Part shown: piece after piece, positions 6,984 to 16,294 of the stretch | How positions within the stretch are numbered: the stretch's first letter is position 1 | Layout of the letters: each line of letters starts with the position of its first letter | Source: a virus | Taxonomy: Duplodnaviria; Caudoviricetes | IMG/VR virus record: IMGVR_UViG_3300025066_000078 | Coordinates: 1-35,306 of that record | Direction: 5' to 3' (one strand) | DNA length: 35,306 nucleotides | The notes under the pieces: generated by a model | The model's input: the letters and a program-made list of their open reading frames with translations, nothing else | Told to the model about the DNA's origin: nothing | Databases searched by the model: none | Translations under genes and position numbers: made by a program

Positions 6984-8840
6984 ATGGGAATTGCGAATAA
7001 AATATTATCAGAAATAACTGTACACATGAAGTACGCTAGATATCTGCCCGAGGAGCAGAGAAGAGAAAACTGGGTCGAATTAGTTACCAGAAACAAGGAA
7101 ATGCATCTTAAGAAATTTCCCAGTTTAGACAAAGAGATAGACTGGGCATATCAATATGTTTATGACAAGGAGATATTGCCATCAATGCGATCAATGCAGT
7201 TTGGAGGAAAACCCATAGAAGTCTCTCCCAATCGTGTCTTTAATTGCGCTTATGCTCCGATAGACGATATTCGTGTATTTGGAGAGATTATGTTCCTTTT
7301 ATTAGGCGGAACAGGCGTTGGATATTCAGTTCAGCGGAGCCATATTGAGAAACTGCCGGCCATCAACAAACCAAACCCAAAGAGAACCCGACGTTTCTTA
7401 ATTGGAGACTCTATCGAAGGTTGGGCTGATGCTGTTGGTATGTTAGTTAAATCCTACTTTAAGGGAACAAGTCGTCTAAGATTTGACTTTTCGGATATCC
7501 GTCCGAAAGGTGCAAGACTAGTTACATCCGGCGGTAAAGCACCCGGCCCCCAACCATTGAGAGAATGTCTTGTTAAAGTTGAAGGAATACTCGATTCAAA
7601 AGAAGAAGGTGATCAACTATCATCTATCGAAGTCCACGATGTTGTCTGCCACATCGCCGATGCCGTCCTTGCTGGTGGTATTCGCCGTGCTGCTCTTATC
7701 TCTCTTTTTTCTGCCGATGATCAAGCTATGCTTGCAGCAAAAGCAGGGAATTGGTGGGAAACAAATCCTCAAAGAGGTAGGGCAAACAATTCTGTTGTTA
7801 TCATGCGTCATCGCATTGATAAGGATACATTTCTGGATTTATGGGATAGAGTTAAGCAATCAGGAACTGGTGAGCCCGGTTTTTATTTTACTAATGATAA
7901 GGACTACGGTTGTAATCCTTGTTGTGAGATATCTCTCCGCCCTTTTCAATTTTGCAACCTCACGGAGATAAATGTTAGTGATATAGAGACTCAAGAAGAA
8001 TACGAAGACAGGTCTCGAGCCGCATCCATCATTGGAACCCTCCAAGCATCATATACCGACTTTCACTACCTCAGGCCAGTATGGCAAAGAAACACAGAGA
8101 AAGACTATCTTATTGGAGTTTCAATGACAGGGATAGCATCAGGTAATGTACTTAAGTTGGATATGCCAAGAGCTGCGGAGATTGTAAAGCTAACCAACGC
8201 AGAAATTGCGGAGAAAATAGGAATAAAGCCAGCAGCTAGGTGTACAACAGTGAAACCAGCAGGAACAACCTCTTTAACACTTGGAACGTCAAGTGGCATT
8301 CACGCATGGCACAATGACTATTACATCAGACGCCTAAGGGTTGGAAAGAACGAATCAATATATCAATATCTAACAATAAGGCACCCAGAGCTTGTTGAAG
8401 ATGAATACTTCAGGCCACATGACACAGCAGTCATAAGTGTACCTCAGAAGGCCCCAGAAGGCTCTATAACGCGTCACGAGAGTGCCTTGGACCTATTGGG
8501 TAGGGTAAAAGATGTGCACCTTAAATGGGTCAAGAAAGGCCATAGAAGTGGACAAAATTCAAACAACGTTTCGGCAACAATAACTATTAAACCAGACGAA
8601 TGGTTTGAGGTTGGAGAATGGATGTGGGAAAACAAAAACAATTACAATGGTTTGTCTGTTTTGCCTTATTCTGAGCACAGTTATAAACAGGCTCCGTTTG
8701 AGGACTGCGATGAAGAAACGTATGAGAAACTACTTACTACACTGGTTGAAGTCAATCTTGACGGTGTGATCGAGATAGAGGACAACACAAATCTTAAAGG
8801 CGAAGCCGCTTGTGCTGGTGGAGCTTGCGAAATAATCTAA
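6984..8840 (+). CDS. nrdJ: class II (B12-dependent) ribonucleotide reductase, monomeric type
   Basis: FNCA, GGTGVGYSV, RRAALI, NPCCEI, CNLTE, KPAGTTS, C-terminal CAGGACE; no beta-subunit gene nearby. Confidence 0.88.
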   Translation: MGIANKILSEITVHMKYARYLPEEQRRENWVELVTRNKEMHLKKFPSLDKEIDWAYQYVYDKEILPSMRSMQFGGKPIEVSPNRVFNCAYAPIDDIRVFGEIMFLLLGGTGVGYSVQRSHIEKLPAINKPNPKRTRRFLIGDSIEGWADAVGMLVKSYFKGTSRLRFDFSDIRPKGARLVTSGGKAPGPQPLRECLVKVEGILDSKEEGDQLSSIEVHDVVCHIADAVLAGGIRRAALISLFSADDQAMLAAKAGNWWETNPQRGRANNSVVIMRHRIDKDTFLDLWDRVKQSGTGEPGFYFTNDKDYGCNPCCEISLRPFQFCNLTEINVSDIETQEEYEDRSRAASIIGTLQASYTDFHYLRPVWQRNTEKDYLIGVSMTGIASGNVLKLDMPRAAEIVKLTNAEIAEKIGIKPAARCTTVKPAGTTSLTLGTSSGIHAWHNDYYIRRLRVGKNESIYQYLTIRHPELVEDEYFRPHDTAVISVPQKAPEGSITRHESALDLLGRVKDVHLKWVKKGHRSGQNSNNVSATITIKPDEWFEVGEWMWENKNNYNGLSVLPYSEHSYKQAPFEDCDEETYEKLLTTLVEVNLDGVIEIEDNTNLKGEAACAGGACEII

Positions 8841-8850
8841 GGAGTATATT

Positions 8851-9036
8851 ATGAAAGAGAGAATGGAAAAACTTATTGAGAATCTCCAAGCAGCAATAGC
8901 TGATTTGGAAAAGGTCGAAGAACATGCTTATGGATATAAGTCTGCTGCGGTCCGAGCAAGAAAGATCATGCACTTGGCAAGAACAGAATTGCAAGAACTC
9001 AGAAAGGAAGTCCAAAGCAAGAAAAACTTGGGTTAA
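8851..9036 (+). CDS. histone H1-like (Hc1-family) small nucleoid protein
   Basis: D.EK....G.KSAAVRARK......EL.ELRKEV pattern. Confidence 0.6.
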   Translation: MKERMEKLIENLQAAIADLEKVEEHAYGYKSAAVRARKIMHLARTELQELRKEVQSKKNLG

Positions 9037-9048
9037 AATAAAAAAAAC

Positions 9049-9077
9049 TTGACAAATGCCTCTTAATGTGTTATATT
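9049..9077 (+). promoter_or_regulatory. sigma70-type promoter P7, embedded in an inverted repeat
   Basis: TTGACA 9049-9054, TATATT 9072-9077; IR arms AAATGCCTCTTAA 9054-9066 / TTAAGAGGTATTT 9092-9104. Confidence 0.75.
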
Positions 9078-9105
9078 ATTAATAATACTTTTTAAGAGGT
9101 ATTTT

Positions 9106-9180
9106 TTGCTATTCGGCTTTAGGTGTTGGGTAGATTTCATAGCAACTTTTCTTTGCGTGATGATCGTGGTCATGGTGTGA
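9106..9180 (+). CDS. possible 24-aa hydrophobic peptide (TTG start)
   Basis: RBS AAGAGGT 9094-9100; MLFGFRCWVDFIATFLCVMIVVMV; could instead be a non-coding structured RNA. Confidence 0.3.
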   Translation: MLFGFRCWVDFIATFLCVMIVVMV

Positions 9181-9259
9181 GCACGACGTTGTAGCTGAAT
9201 AAGCCGGTGTAGACCAAGGTAAACTAAATTTCACACCCTGTTTTTTATTTGGAGGTAAA

Positions 9260-9547
9260 ATGATAAAAGAAATATTCAATAGACATGTCATGGTTGAGAT
9301 ACTTGACGAACAAGAAGAAGAGAAAGATAAGGGCTTTTTGCTGCCCGAGGATTACATGAAACCAAAATCACCGTATGCATTGGGTAAAATTATAACCTAT
9401 GCTGATGACTGCAATCTCTCCCTATACACAGGTGACGTAATTATTTTTCAAAGATCTATGCTTCAAGAAATGGAGATAAAGGGTCAAAAGATCTATTTAA
9501 TCTTAGAAAACTACATATTTGGGAGTGTTAATGATGAAACTAACTAG
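9260..9547 (+). CDS. groES: co-chaperonin GroES
   Basis: NRHV.VE..DE.EE...GFLLP...KP....G.I.....GD.I.F.....E....G....LI.E..I; size 95 aa. Confidence 0.75.
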   Translation: MIKEIFNRHVMVEILDEQEEEKDKGFLLPEDYMKPKSPYALGKIITYADDCNLSLYTGDVIIFQRSMLQEMEIKGQKIYLILENYIFGSVNDETN

Positions 9548-10211
9548 AGATTTTTTAAAGAAACTAATTTTGGAAGAGATGGGCTCATCTCCGATAAACG
9601 AAGAACAGATCGGATTAGGTGAAGCAAGAGCAGCTTTAGCGGCTCAATTCCAAGCCGGCGGACCGTATACTGTCGCCATGCTCTCAGCAGAGAATCCACC
9701 AAACCCACCACCAGATTGGAACAATCAAGCAATGATGGAAGATTTAGTGAAAAATATGGAATCTCAGGGTTTGAGGTATTACCCAATAGATGGTCAATAT
9801 TTCGGAACAGCTGAAAACTCGTTTCTTGTAGTAAATGCCCCTAAAGCATCTATCGTTTGGCTTGGTAAAAAGTATTTACAAGACTCCGTTATCTGGGGTG
9901 AAAAACAAAGAGCTATGGCAGATGAAGGAGCAGGAGCAAACATCTATTTTAGATTTTTATTTATCCAGTGCCATCCCGAAGAAGGGCCTGAAGCAGAGAA
10001 ATACACCGTTTCTGATGAAAAGGATGTTATTTTGAATGACGCTAGTATCCAAGGGAGACAAGATATGTTCTCGAGAATTGGAAATGAGAAGTTTGTTATT
10101 CCATTCTTTACAGACCCAGATATGGAATACAAGGCCAATGTAAGACCTGAGAAAATCGATAACGTCGATGGACGTCAAATTGGTGGAATATACGAGGTGA
10201 AGGGTGAGTGA
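9531..10211 (+). CDS. DUF3293-like phage protein with N-terminal LKKLILEE motif
   Basis: SAENP ... G.YFG..ENSFLV ... LGKKY.QDSVIW; likely start ATG 9531/9534. Confidence 0.55.
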   Translation: MMKLTRDFLKKLILEEMGSSPINEEQIGLGEARAALAAQFQAGGPYTVAMLSAENPPNPPPDWNNQAMMEDLVKNMESQGLRYYPIDGQYFGTAENSFLVVNAPKASIVWLGKKYLQDSVIWGEKQRAMADEGAGANIYFRFLFIQCHPEEGPEAEKYTVSDEKDVILNDASIQGRQDMFSRIGNEKFVIPFFTDPDMEYKANVRPEKIDNVDGRQIGGIYEVKGE

Positions 10212-10953
10212 TCGATACAATCGAACGCTATTTCTCTATAATGATCAGATTGGCAGGGTTAGTTATGTTGACCATATGGGTACTGACCTTACCATCGTTA
10301 ATAGTGCTAGGGTTAGCTTTGGTAACACAAAAGATGAACTCGATGATAAAGATAAGCGACTGGTTAAGTATCTCGTTAAGCACAAACACACTTCAACATT
10401 TGAGCATAACGTTATTACTTTTAAATTTGTTGTGCCTCTCTTTGTACGGTCTCAGCACCACCGTCACCGTACGTGGTCTTACAATGAGATATCGAGAAGA
10501 TATACAGATAAAGGCTTGGAATTCTATCTACCAGAAGTATTTCGAACACAACACGAAAGCAACAGACAAGCATCCGACCCCAAAAAACTGATTAACCCCA
10601 AAATGTGGGATTTAGATGATGGTGCGATGATGGACGCGTCTATTAGGGTTTCTGATTATTTGAGTATATGCACGGACAAGTGCCTTGATGCATATAATGA
10701 TATGTTGGACAAGGGCATCTGCCGAGAACAAGCGAGAATGATACTCCCACAGAACTTATATACCGAATACTACGGAACTTGCAACCTTTCGAATCTACTT
10801 AAATTTATAGACCTTCGCACTCATGAGGGTGCGCAATGGGAGATTCAGAGAGTTGCTGAAGCATGTTTGGAAATTGCTAGCGACTTATGGCCTGTAGCTG
10901 TTGGGTCGTATCGTGAAACCAAAGATGGAAGAATTTCAGAAAGCACCACCTAA
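10204..10953 (+). CDS. thyX: FAD-dependent thymidylate synthase ThyX
   Basis: NSARVS, H.STFEH, QHHRHR..SYNEISRRY, EQARMILP, R....AQWEI. Confidence 0.95.
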   Translation: MSDRYNRTLFLYNDQIGRVSYVDHMGTDLTIVNSARVSFGNTKDELDDKDKRLVKYLVKHKHTSTFEHNVITFKFVVPLFVRSQHHRHRTWSYNEISRRYTDKGLEFYLPEVFRTQHESNRQASDPKKLINPKMWDLDDGAMMDASIRVSDYLSICTDKCLDAYNDMLDKGICREQARMILPQNLYTEYYGTCNLSNLLKFIDLRTHEGAQWEIQRVAEACLEIASDLWPVAVGSYRETKDGRISESTT

Positions 10954-11206
10954 ATTTAAACTCGGAGACCTAGTCAAAATTAGAAACTTGGGTCTTTTAT
11001 TCGCTCAATATGAAGGTGCCAAAGCTGAATACGGCTTGATAAACTGTGAAGCCTATCACTATACCAAAACTAGCACTAAGGATATCCTGCTTTTTGGTTG
11101 GTGGACTTATGACGTTTTAATAGATGGCAAACTAATTAAAATGATGCCAGAGACGTTTTTAGAAGAGGTAAAAGTACATGAAAATACGGATATTGAGAAA
11201 GAATAA
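10925..11206 (+). CDS. hypothetical SH3/KOW-like protein
   Basis: KFKLGDLVKIR ... YDVLIDG ... FLEEV. Confidence 0.55.
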   Translation: MEEFQKAPPKFKLGDLVKIRNLGLLFAQYEGAKAEYGLINCEAYHYTKTSTKDILLFGWWTYDVLIDGKLIKMMPETFLEEVKVHENTDIEKE

Positions 11207-12242
11207 ATTTCTTAGAGAATCTATCACAACCGATAGATATAAACAAACACAAACAAGAGCAACGGGAGAAATTACACACGCTCCGCAAGAGGTTCAAGAG
11301 TCTAGAATTGAGATAGGCGTTAATATAGACAGATTTTTACAACGACCCTATTTGACTGTTGGCGAAGAAATGATGGATGACGATGGTGAGGTAAGGAAGA
11401 TAACAAATCCAAAAGAAACAAACTTATTATTATACGTCTATAGAGGAGTAACACCTGACGGTAAGCTACAAAATAACCAAAATATAGCAGCAGTTAACAG
11501 AGAGTTAAACGAAAGAGTTGGTCACTTTCTCATGAGTTTGAACTCTTATGACAAGAAAGTCTTAGCTTCTGATGTTGATTTTATAATCCAAAATATGTTG
11601 GATGAAAGATCAGCTGATCAAGAGCAAACTCACCAATCGACACATATGCTCAAAAATGCTCCCGGTCATTTTGATGATTATGTATTTGCAACAAGAAGAC
11701 GCTCTGTTTATAAGGATACAAGAGCAGGAAAAGATTTCATGCTCAAAAGAACACCAGAGTTGAAGAATATCCCAGAACAACATCACTTTTTATTCTCCAT
11801 GGAAAACCTAATGGGAAGAGTAAAACAGGCCTTGGGCGAGCAACCAGACTCAGAGATTCCACCGTTAGATCCTGTTTCTTACGATGCAAACTATCGCTTG
11901 GGAGATCTCACCGAAGAGATAGAAAAGGAGCGTAACCAAGAAGTATCAGTAGCCGACAGGAGCTATGCTAAGATGGTAAGAAACTTTTTTATATTGACAT
12001 ATGGTAATCCACATGATCCAATATTGCAAATGCCCCCTGAAAAGCAATTAGAATTGATGGGGCCTTATTTAGAAATGCTATTGATTAGGACAAAACAGAG
12101 CTTAGACGCATGGGAAAAGCCGGTTGAATTTTTTGAATTCTTAGATATCGTCGACAATGTTCCTGAGATCTTTTTCGTTAAATATGCAGAAGTGTTTGAA
12201 TCTTTCATTATGGGAATAGAAAAACAAGGCCACACTAGATAG
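11178..12242 (+). CDS. hypothetical protein (possible virion/late protein)
   Basis: 354-aa ORF, RBS GAGG, preceded by ACTAATTA at 11131. Confidence 0.65.
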   Translation: MKIRILRKNKFLRESITTDRYKQTQTRATGEITHAPQEVQESRIEIGVNIDRFLQRPYLTVGEEMMDDDGEVRKITNPKETNLLLYVYRGVTPDGKLQNNQNIAAVNRELNERVGHFLMSLNSYDKKVLASDVDFIIQNMLDERSADQEQTHQSTHMLKNAPGHFDDYVFATRRRSVYKDTRAGKDFMLKRTPELKNIPEQHHFLFSMENLMGRVKQALGEQPDSEIPPLDPVSYDANYRLGDLTEEIEKERNQEVSVADRSYAKMVRNFFILTYGNPHDPILQMPPEKQLELMGPYLEMLLIRTKQSLDAWEKPVEFFEFLDIVDNVPEIFFVKYAEVFESFIMGIEKQGHTR

Positions 12243-12250
12243 GAGGAAAG

Positions 12251-13057
12251 TTGAATAAATTATATTTTGATAAAGTTGTAGTTGGCGGTTCATTGACTGC
12301 TGTGATGTATGCATATAAAAACAACCTCCCGATAATAGTAGATATCCCACATATCCCGTTCCAATTGGATCTCTGCCCAGAACATTGGGATTTATCATTT
12401 ATAGGGTTTTCAAACAAGCTCCACCACCGAAAGAGTCAAGTTTGGGATCGCTTATTATTTATATTGTCAATGGCCGGTCTGGTCATATTTCCCAATAACA
12501 TACAGACGTTTCGACTGGAAGACGACAAAATGGTTATAATAACTCTCGATAATAAGAAGATTGAGGTGGCTTATAACGAAATGATCGAGTTTGACAAAGA
12601 AAAAACAGACGAAATAGTACTATATGATTGGTTTGCGGTCAGATCAGGAGCAAGACACCAGTTTAATGCCTTGGCAGATCCAACATCAGAATTCTGCCAC
12701 ACGCTATTGTTTCATCCATCAACCAGAAAATCAACCAGAACTGACATGAAAGACGTTTGCTCTCTATCAACTATCTCAGAGAATGAGATTGACGATCCTT
12801 ATTATTCAGAGACATATGCCCGTCTCAAAACCTTGAGAATGATGAAAGATGCCGGAATTAGAGGGCAATCAAATGGATACAACAAGAAAGGACTTCAACT
12901 TCACTACGCTGTGAAGATAGAGCACATGTACCGAGAGATATATTATAAATACAACAACGGTTTCTCAATCGAAGAGATACTGGACATACAACTAGATAAA
13001 GGAAGTCAACTGTGGAAATTAACTCAAAACCTCACAATACAAACTCTTACCATTTAG
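12251..13057 (+). CDS. hypothetical protein with degenerate N-terminal Rossmann (FAD/NAD-binding-like) motif
   Basis: FDKVVVGGSLTAVMYA; RBS AGGAGG before TTG. Confidence 0.55.
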   Translation: MNKLYFDKVVVGGSLTAVMYAYKNNLPIIVDIPHIPFQLDLCPEHWDLSFIGFSNKLHHRKSQVWDRLLFILSMAGLVIFPNNIQTFRLEDDKMVIITLDNKKIEVAYNEMIEFDKEKTDEIVLYDWFAVRSGARHQFNALADPTSEFCHTLLFHPSTRKSTRTDMKDVCSLSTISENEIDDPYYSETYARLKTLRMMKDAGIRGQSNGYNKKGLQLHYAVKIEHMYREIYYKYNNGFSIEEILDIQLDKGSQLWKLTQNLTIQTLTI

Positions 13058-13923
13058 CTGGTATTGTACCTTGTGCGGGACAACCCTTAGACTTTGGCAT
13101 GGAATGGCCAGACTTTATGATGCCCGTTGCAGCCAACTACACCATGTTAGAAGCCGCTATTTACGAGTGTGCCTATGCTGGGTGCGAAACGATATGGGTG
13201 GTCCTTCATGCTGATACGGCGCCGTTTGTAAGGCATCGCATTGGAGATTTCATCCAAGACCCCGTTTGGGCATTTAGAAAGCACGATCCATATCCCGATG
13301 AGTCGAGACGAAGGATACCAATATTCTATGTCCCAATACATCCAAAGGATAGAGACCGTAGAGACTGTTTGTCGTGGTCTGTTATCCAAGGAGCACTAAC
13401 ATGCCTCAAAGTGTCTTCAAAGCTCTCTAAATGGTTAATACCGGACCGCTATTGGGTTTCTTTCCCATATGGAATATTCAATCCTGCCGAGATAAGAGAA
13501 CACAGAAGTAAAATATCTTCTAATGAGAACTTCTATGTAACATATAACGGACAAGCAATGAATGAGAATCACTTCGCATCTTTCTCATTTGGTAAAGACG
13601 AATTCATAAGATACAGAAGAAACATCAGAACAGGAACAGGAATGTATGCAGATGGAGAATATAACGCTTCTGGAGCGCCATCTAGAGTTTTACCAGCAAT
13701 TGAACAATATTCAGCAAGATGGTTTGACCTTAAATATGTTTTTACAGAACTAGATATAACACCTGATAACTCTTATGAACCAAAAGAGTTTTTTAATCTT
13801 GGATCGTGGGAAGATTATAGGAACTATTTATCTTCGGAATACTCCCTCTCAGTCAAAAGACCTCATGAAAGAATAATAAAATATTCAGAATTTCAACGAA
13901 TTGCACTTGACAGATCAGACTAG
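13012..13923 (+). CDS. nucleotidyltransferase / NTP-transferase-fold protein
   Basis: LAGIVPCAG...MMPV...TMLE.AI.EC..AGCETIWVV resembles the N-terminus of sugar-phosphate nucleotidyltransferases; C-terminal NLGSWEDY. Confidence 0.55.
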   Translation: MEINSKPHNTNSYHLAGIVPCAGQPLDFGMEWPDFMMPVAANYTMLEAAIYECAYAGCETIWVVLHADTAPFVRHRIGDFIQDPVWAFRKHDPYPDESRRRIPIFYVPIHPKDRDRRDCLSWSVIQGALTCLKVSSKLSKWLIPDRYWVSFPYGIFNPAEIREHRSKISSNENFYVTYNGQAMNENHFASFSFGKDEFIRYRRNIRTGTGMYADGEYNASGAPSRVLPAIEQYSARWFDLKYVFTELDITPDNSYEPKEFFNLGSWEDYRNYLSSEYSLSVKRPHERIIKYSEFQRIALDRSD

Positions 13924-13935
13924 GTATGTTATAAT
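13907..13935 (+). promoter_or_regulatory. sigma70-type promoter P8
   Basis: TTGACA 13907-13912, 17-nt spacer, TATGT-TATAAT 13930-13935. Confidence 0.75.
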
Positions 13936-14521
13936 GTCTATAAGAGTAAAGAAATATAAGAAACTTTTAATGGAGGTTAAGTTTTTAAGAAGCGAACTTG
14001 AATATCAAGAAGCCGTACTATTGGATGCACATTTGGTTTTTGAAAATAAGTATAGAGAATATTGTGCCAACAATGATATTGATTTGAATACTGCAAATCA
14101 AGAAAATACGGAGAGAGTTGAAGAGATGTTTGAGTCCTCTGAGCGAAGACTGGCCATAATAAACAAGAAACCCGAGAAAAAAGAAGAGAAGAAGATGAAC
14201 AAACTGTATAGGCAACTGGCAAAAGAATCTCATCCCGATAAGAATGGCGGAGACTCAAAAGTCTTTAAAATGATAAACGAAGCTTATGAGAATGGAGATT
14301 GGTCTATTTTATTAGAAGAAGCTCTAGAAAGAGGAATAGAACCAGATAATATAACAGAGGTAATGCCTCTTTTGAAACAAGAGGCCTTTAAACTTAAACA
14401 GAAAATAGAAAAAAACAATGGAATGTATTCTTGGAAGTTCTATGAATGCGAAGACGACGAGAAATGTAGAGAACGTTTAATAAAAGTTTTCTTAAAACAC
14501 TTATTTAAAATGGAGATATAA
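13934..14521 (+). CDS. J-domain (DnaJ-like) protein
   Basis: LYRQLAKESHPDKNGGDSKVFKMINEAYE (HPD motif); start codon uncertain. Confidence 0.8.
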   Translation: MSIRVKKYKKLLMEVKFLRSELEYQEAVLLDAHLVFENKYREYCANNDIDLNTANQENTERVEEMFESSERRLAIINKKPEKKEEKKMNKLYRQLAKESHPDKNGGDSKVFKMINEAYENGDWSILLEEALERGIEPDNITEVMPLLKQEAFKLKQKIEKNNGMYSWKFYECEDDEKCRERLIKVFLKHLFKMEI

Positions 14522-15441
14522 TGATATTATCAATACTACTAGCATGTTACGGAGACGTAAGTATCATGAAAAGAGAAGAAGAGACAAAGGATACGTCCGG
14601 AGTTACGGTCACAACAGAGCCCACATCAGAGCCATCCTCGTCATCTCAACCAACATTTGAGCCGAGTTGGGAACCTTCCGGAGAACCATCATTCGAGCAA
14701 ACAGAACGCAGTGGAATATCCGGATATACTTACTTAAAACTAAGACAGGTCGCTTGTCCGGCTTGTATGGGCGAGCCCCAAGATATTTCAATACAATTCG
14801 CAGCAACATTTCACCAACCATCATCTGATGGCCACACCGAATGGATGCCACCGAATGGACAATGCACAAACAACTTAATATCAACCAGTCCATCAACAGT
14901 TCCAATAGATGTCGGTCCCTCTATCTATATAGAAGGAGAATACCATACGTTCTCAGCAAACCCAGTTGCTTTTGGAACATACGAGTACAACCAGATCTGG
15001 GAATCACAACTGGAAAGGGATAGCAGATATGACGTATTTACAGACGAAGGGAACTATAGTTTTATTTCCTCTCATGGTTTCGATTTTATTGAACCATATA
15101 CCATGCTTTGGGTTGATCCATATTATGCTTTTGAAGCCCCAATATACCGCTCCGGAGCAACATTTACGTGGGGACCGACCAGTTCCGACTCTATTTTTAT
15201 GGTCACCGTCGCAGTCTACTCTTGGGACGGATCACAATTTCTTGGATATGTTACCTGTACCGGACCGGACCACGGCACAATGACGATACCCTCACAATAT
15301 TTACAAAGTTATCAAGTTGGCTCATTGGCAGCAATTCACCTTGTCCGTCATAAAATCGAACTTGTTGAGACTGATATAAATAATTCATATGTGGAAACCC
15401 ATATGGAATGGGAAGTCGTCGGTACCGGCACTATTTATTAG
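14521..15441 (+). CDS. putative lipoprotein with EPS-repeat linker
   Basis: MILSILLA-C lipobox; TEPTSEPSSSSQPTFEPSWEPSGEPS low-complexity linker; beta-rich C-terminal domain. Confidence 0.7.
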   Translation: MILSILLACYGDVSIMKREEETKDTSGVTVTTEPTSEPSSSSQPTFEPSWEPSGEPSFEQTERSGISGYTYLKLRQVACPACMGEPQDISIQFAATFHQPSSDGHTEWMPPNGQCTNNLISTSPSTVPIDVGPSIYIEGEYHTFSANPVAFGTYEYNQIWESQLERDSRYDVFTDEGNYSFISSHGFDFIEPYTMLWVDPYYAFEAPIYRSGATFTWGPTSSDSIFMVTVAVYSWDGSQFLGYVTCTGPDHGTMTIPSQYLQSYQVGSLAAIHLVRHKIELVETDINNSYVETHMEWEVVGTGTIY

Positions 15442-15455
15442 ACAGGAGGTGTGCT

Positions 15456-15890
15456 ATGGATATATGTCCAGTTTGTGAATGTGATCCTTGCGATTGCGGA
15501 TGGGGGAGTTATTGTGGAACTGAGAACGGGAACATTGATACAATATTTATCGCTAGTCCACTATGGTGGGAACACGATGGGAATGATCTTGCATCCTCCT
15601 TGTTTGCGCCTTGGCCTGACTACGATGCATGTCTGGAACATATCCAAGAGTTGTGTGGAACGGGTGGATTTACGGGAACTTATACGGGTAAGGTGGTATT
15701 GACTTTTAAATTAGGCGATCCTATAAGATATTTTCCAAATAGCGATTTGTTAAATGACAAGGGTGTTTGGATGATAAAAGGCATAATTAACAAGCATAGT
15801 TTAGACTGCTCTTGGTATGATTATGAGATAACAAATGGTTGGGAGACCACTTTGTGCAGACAAGAAGAGATTTTCAAACTGGAGGTATAA
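15456..15890 (+). CDS. Cys-rich N-terminus (CPVCECDPCDC) in frame with a C-terminal SH3-like module; may be separate genes
   Basis: RBS AGGAGGT before ATG 15456; internal TTG 15699 with RBS AAGGTGG. Confidence 0.5.
   Translation: MDICPVCECDPCDCGWGSYCGTENGNIDTIFIASPLWWEHDGNDLASSLFAPWPDYDACLEHIQELCGTGGFTGTYTGKVVLTFKLGDPIRYFPNSDLLNDKGVWMIKGIINKHSLDCSWYDYEITNGWETTLCRQEEIFKLEV
15514..15702 (+). CDS. overlapping SH3-like small protein (62 aa)
   Basis: RBS GGGGGAG before GTG 15514; ELRTGTLIQY...GMIL...HVW; stop overlaps TTG 15699 (TTGA). Confidence 0.45.
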   Translation: MELRTGTLIQYLSLVHYGGNTMGMILHPPCLRLGLTTMHVWNISKSCVERVDLRELIRVRWY

Positions 15891-16294
15891 TGAAAGAAAA
15901 TAAGAACACATATATATGGGAGAGACTCTCAAAGCACTTAGATGATAAAATGCAAGACTTTGTCATTGACGCATTCGATGAATGTTTTGATTACTCAGTG
16001 CCGAGACCTTGGGATAAGATAATCGCCGACTTGGTGAGACTTATTGAACATAAGGTGTCGTACGACAAAACCACTATAAAAATAGTTCAAGTAAAAAGCA
16101 AATTCGGCTTCTTGCGTTTTTACACCCAAGGAGACACTGATGATTATATTAGTGGTGCAATAAAAATGGCTGAGATACAAACTGAAAAAATATGCCCACA
16201 TTGTGGTTCATATGACAAACCAAAAGTCAAAACTGGTCGATACCTTAAAGGGTGTACGATATGTGATAACATTGCGAGGTTCGAGATGACATGA
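15890..16294 (+). CDS. conserved phage hypothetical protein (QVKxKFGxLRFY + CxxC..CxxC)
   Basis: QVKSKFGFLRFY, CPHCG, CTIC; RBS GGAGGT before ATG 15890. Confidence 0.65.
   Translation: MKENKNTYIWERLSKHLDDKMQDFVIDAFDECFDYSVPRPWDKIIADLVRLIEHKVSYDKTTIKIVQVKSKFGFLRFYTQGDTDDYISGAIKMAEIQTEKICPHCGSYDKPKVKTGRYLKGCTICDNIARFEMT

Noticed and set aside
9037-9259. CIRCE element, SRP RNA or tRNA upstream of groES
   Set aside because: No TTAGCACTC-N9-GAGTGCTAA, no SRP domain IV motif, no T-loop or cloverleaf
9109-9291. Minus-strand ORF with HHDHDHH as a metal-binding peptide
   Set aside because: Opposes the P7-groES direction, overlaps the groES start and has no RBS; explained by GTG/ATG repeats on the + strand
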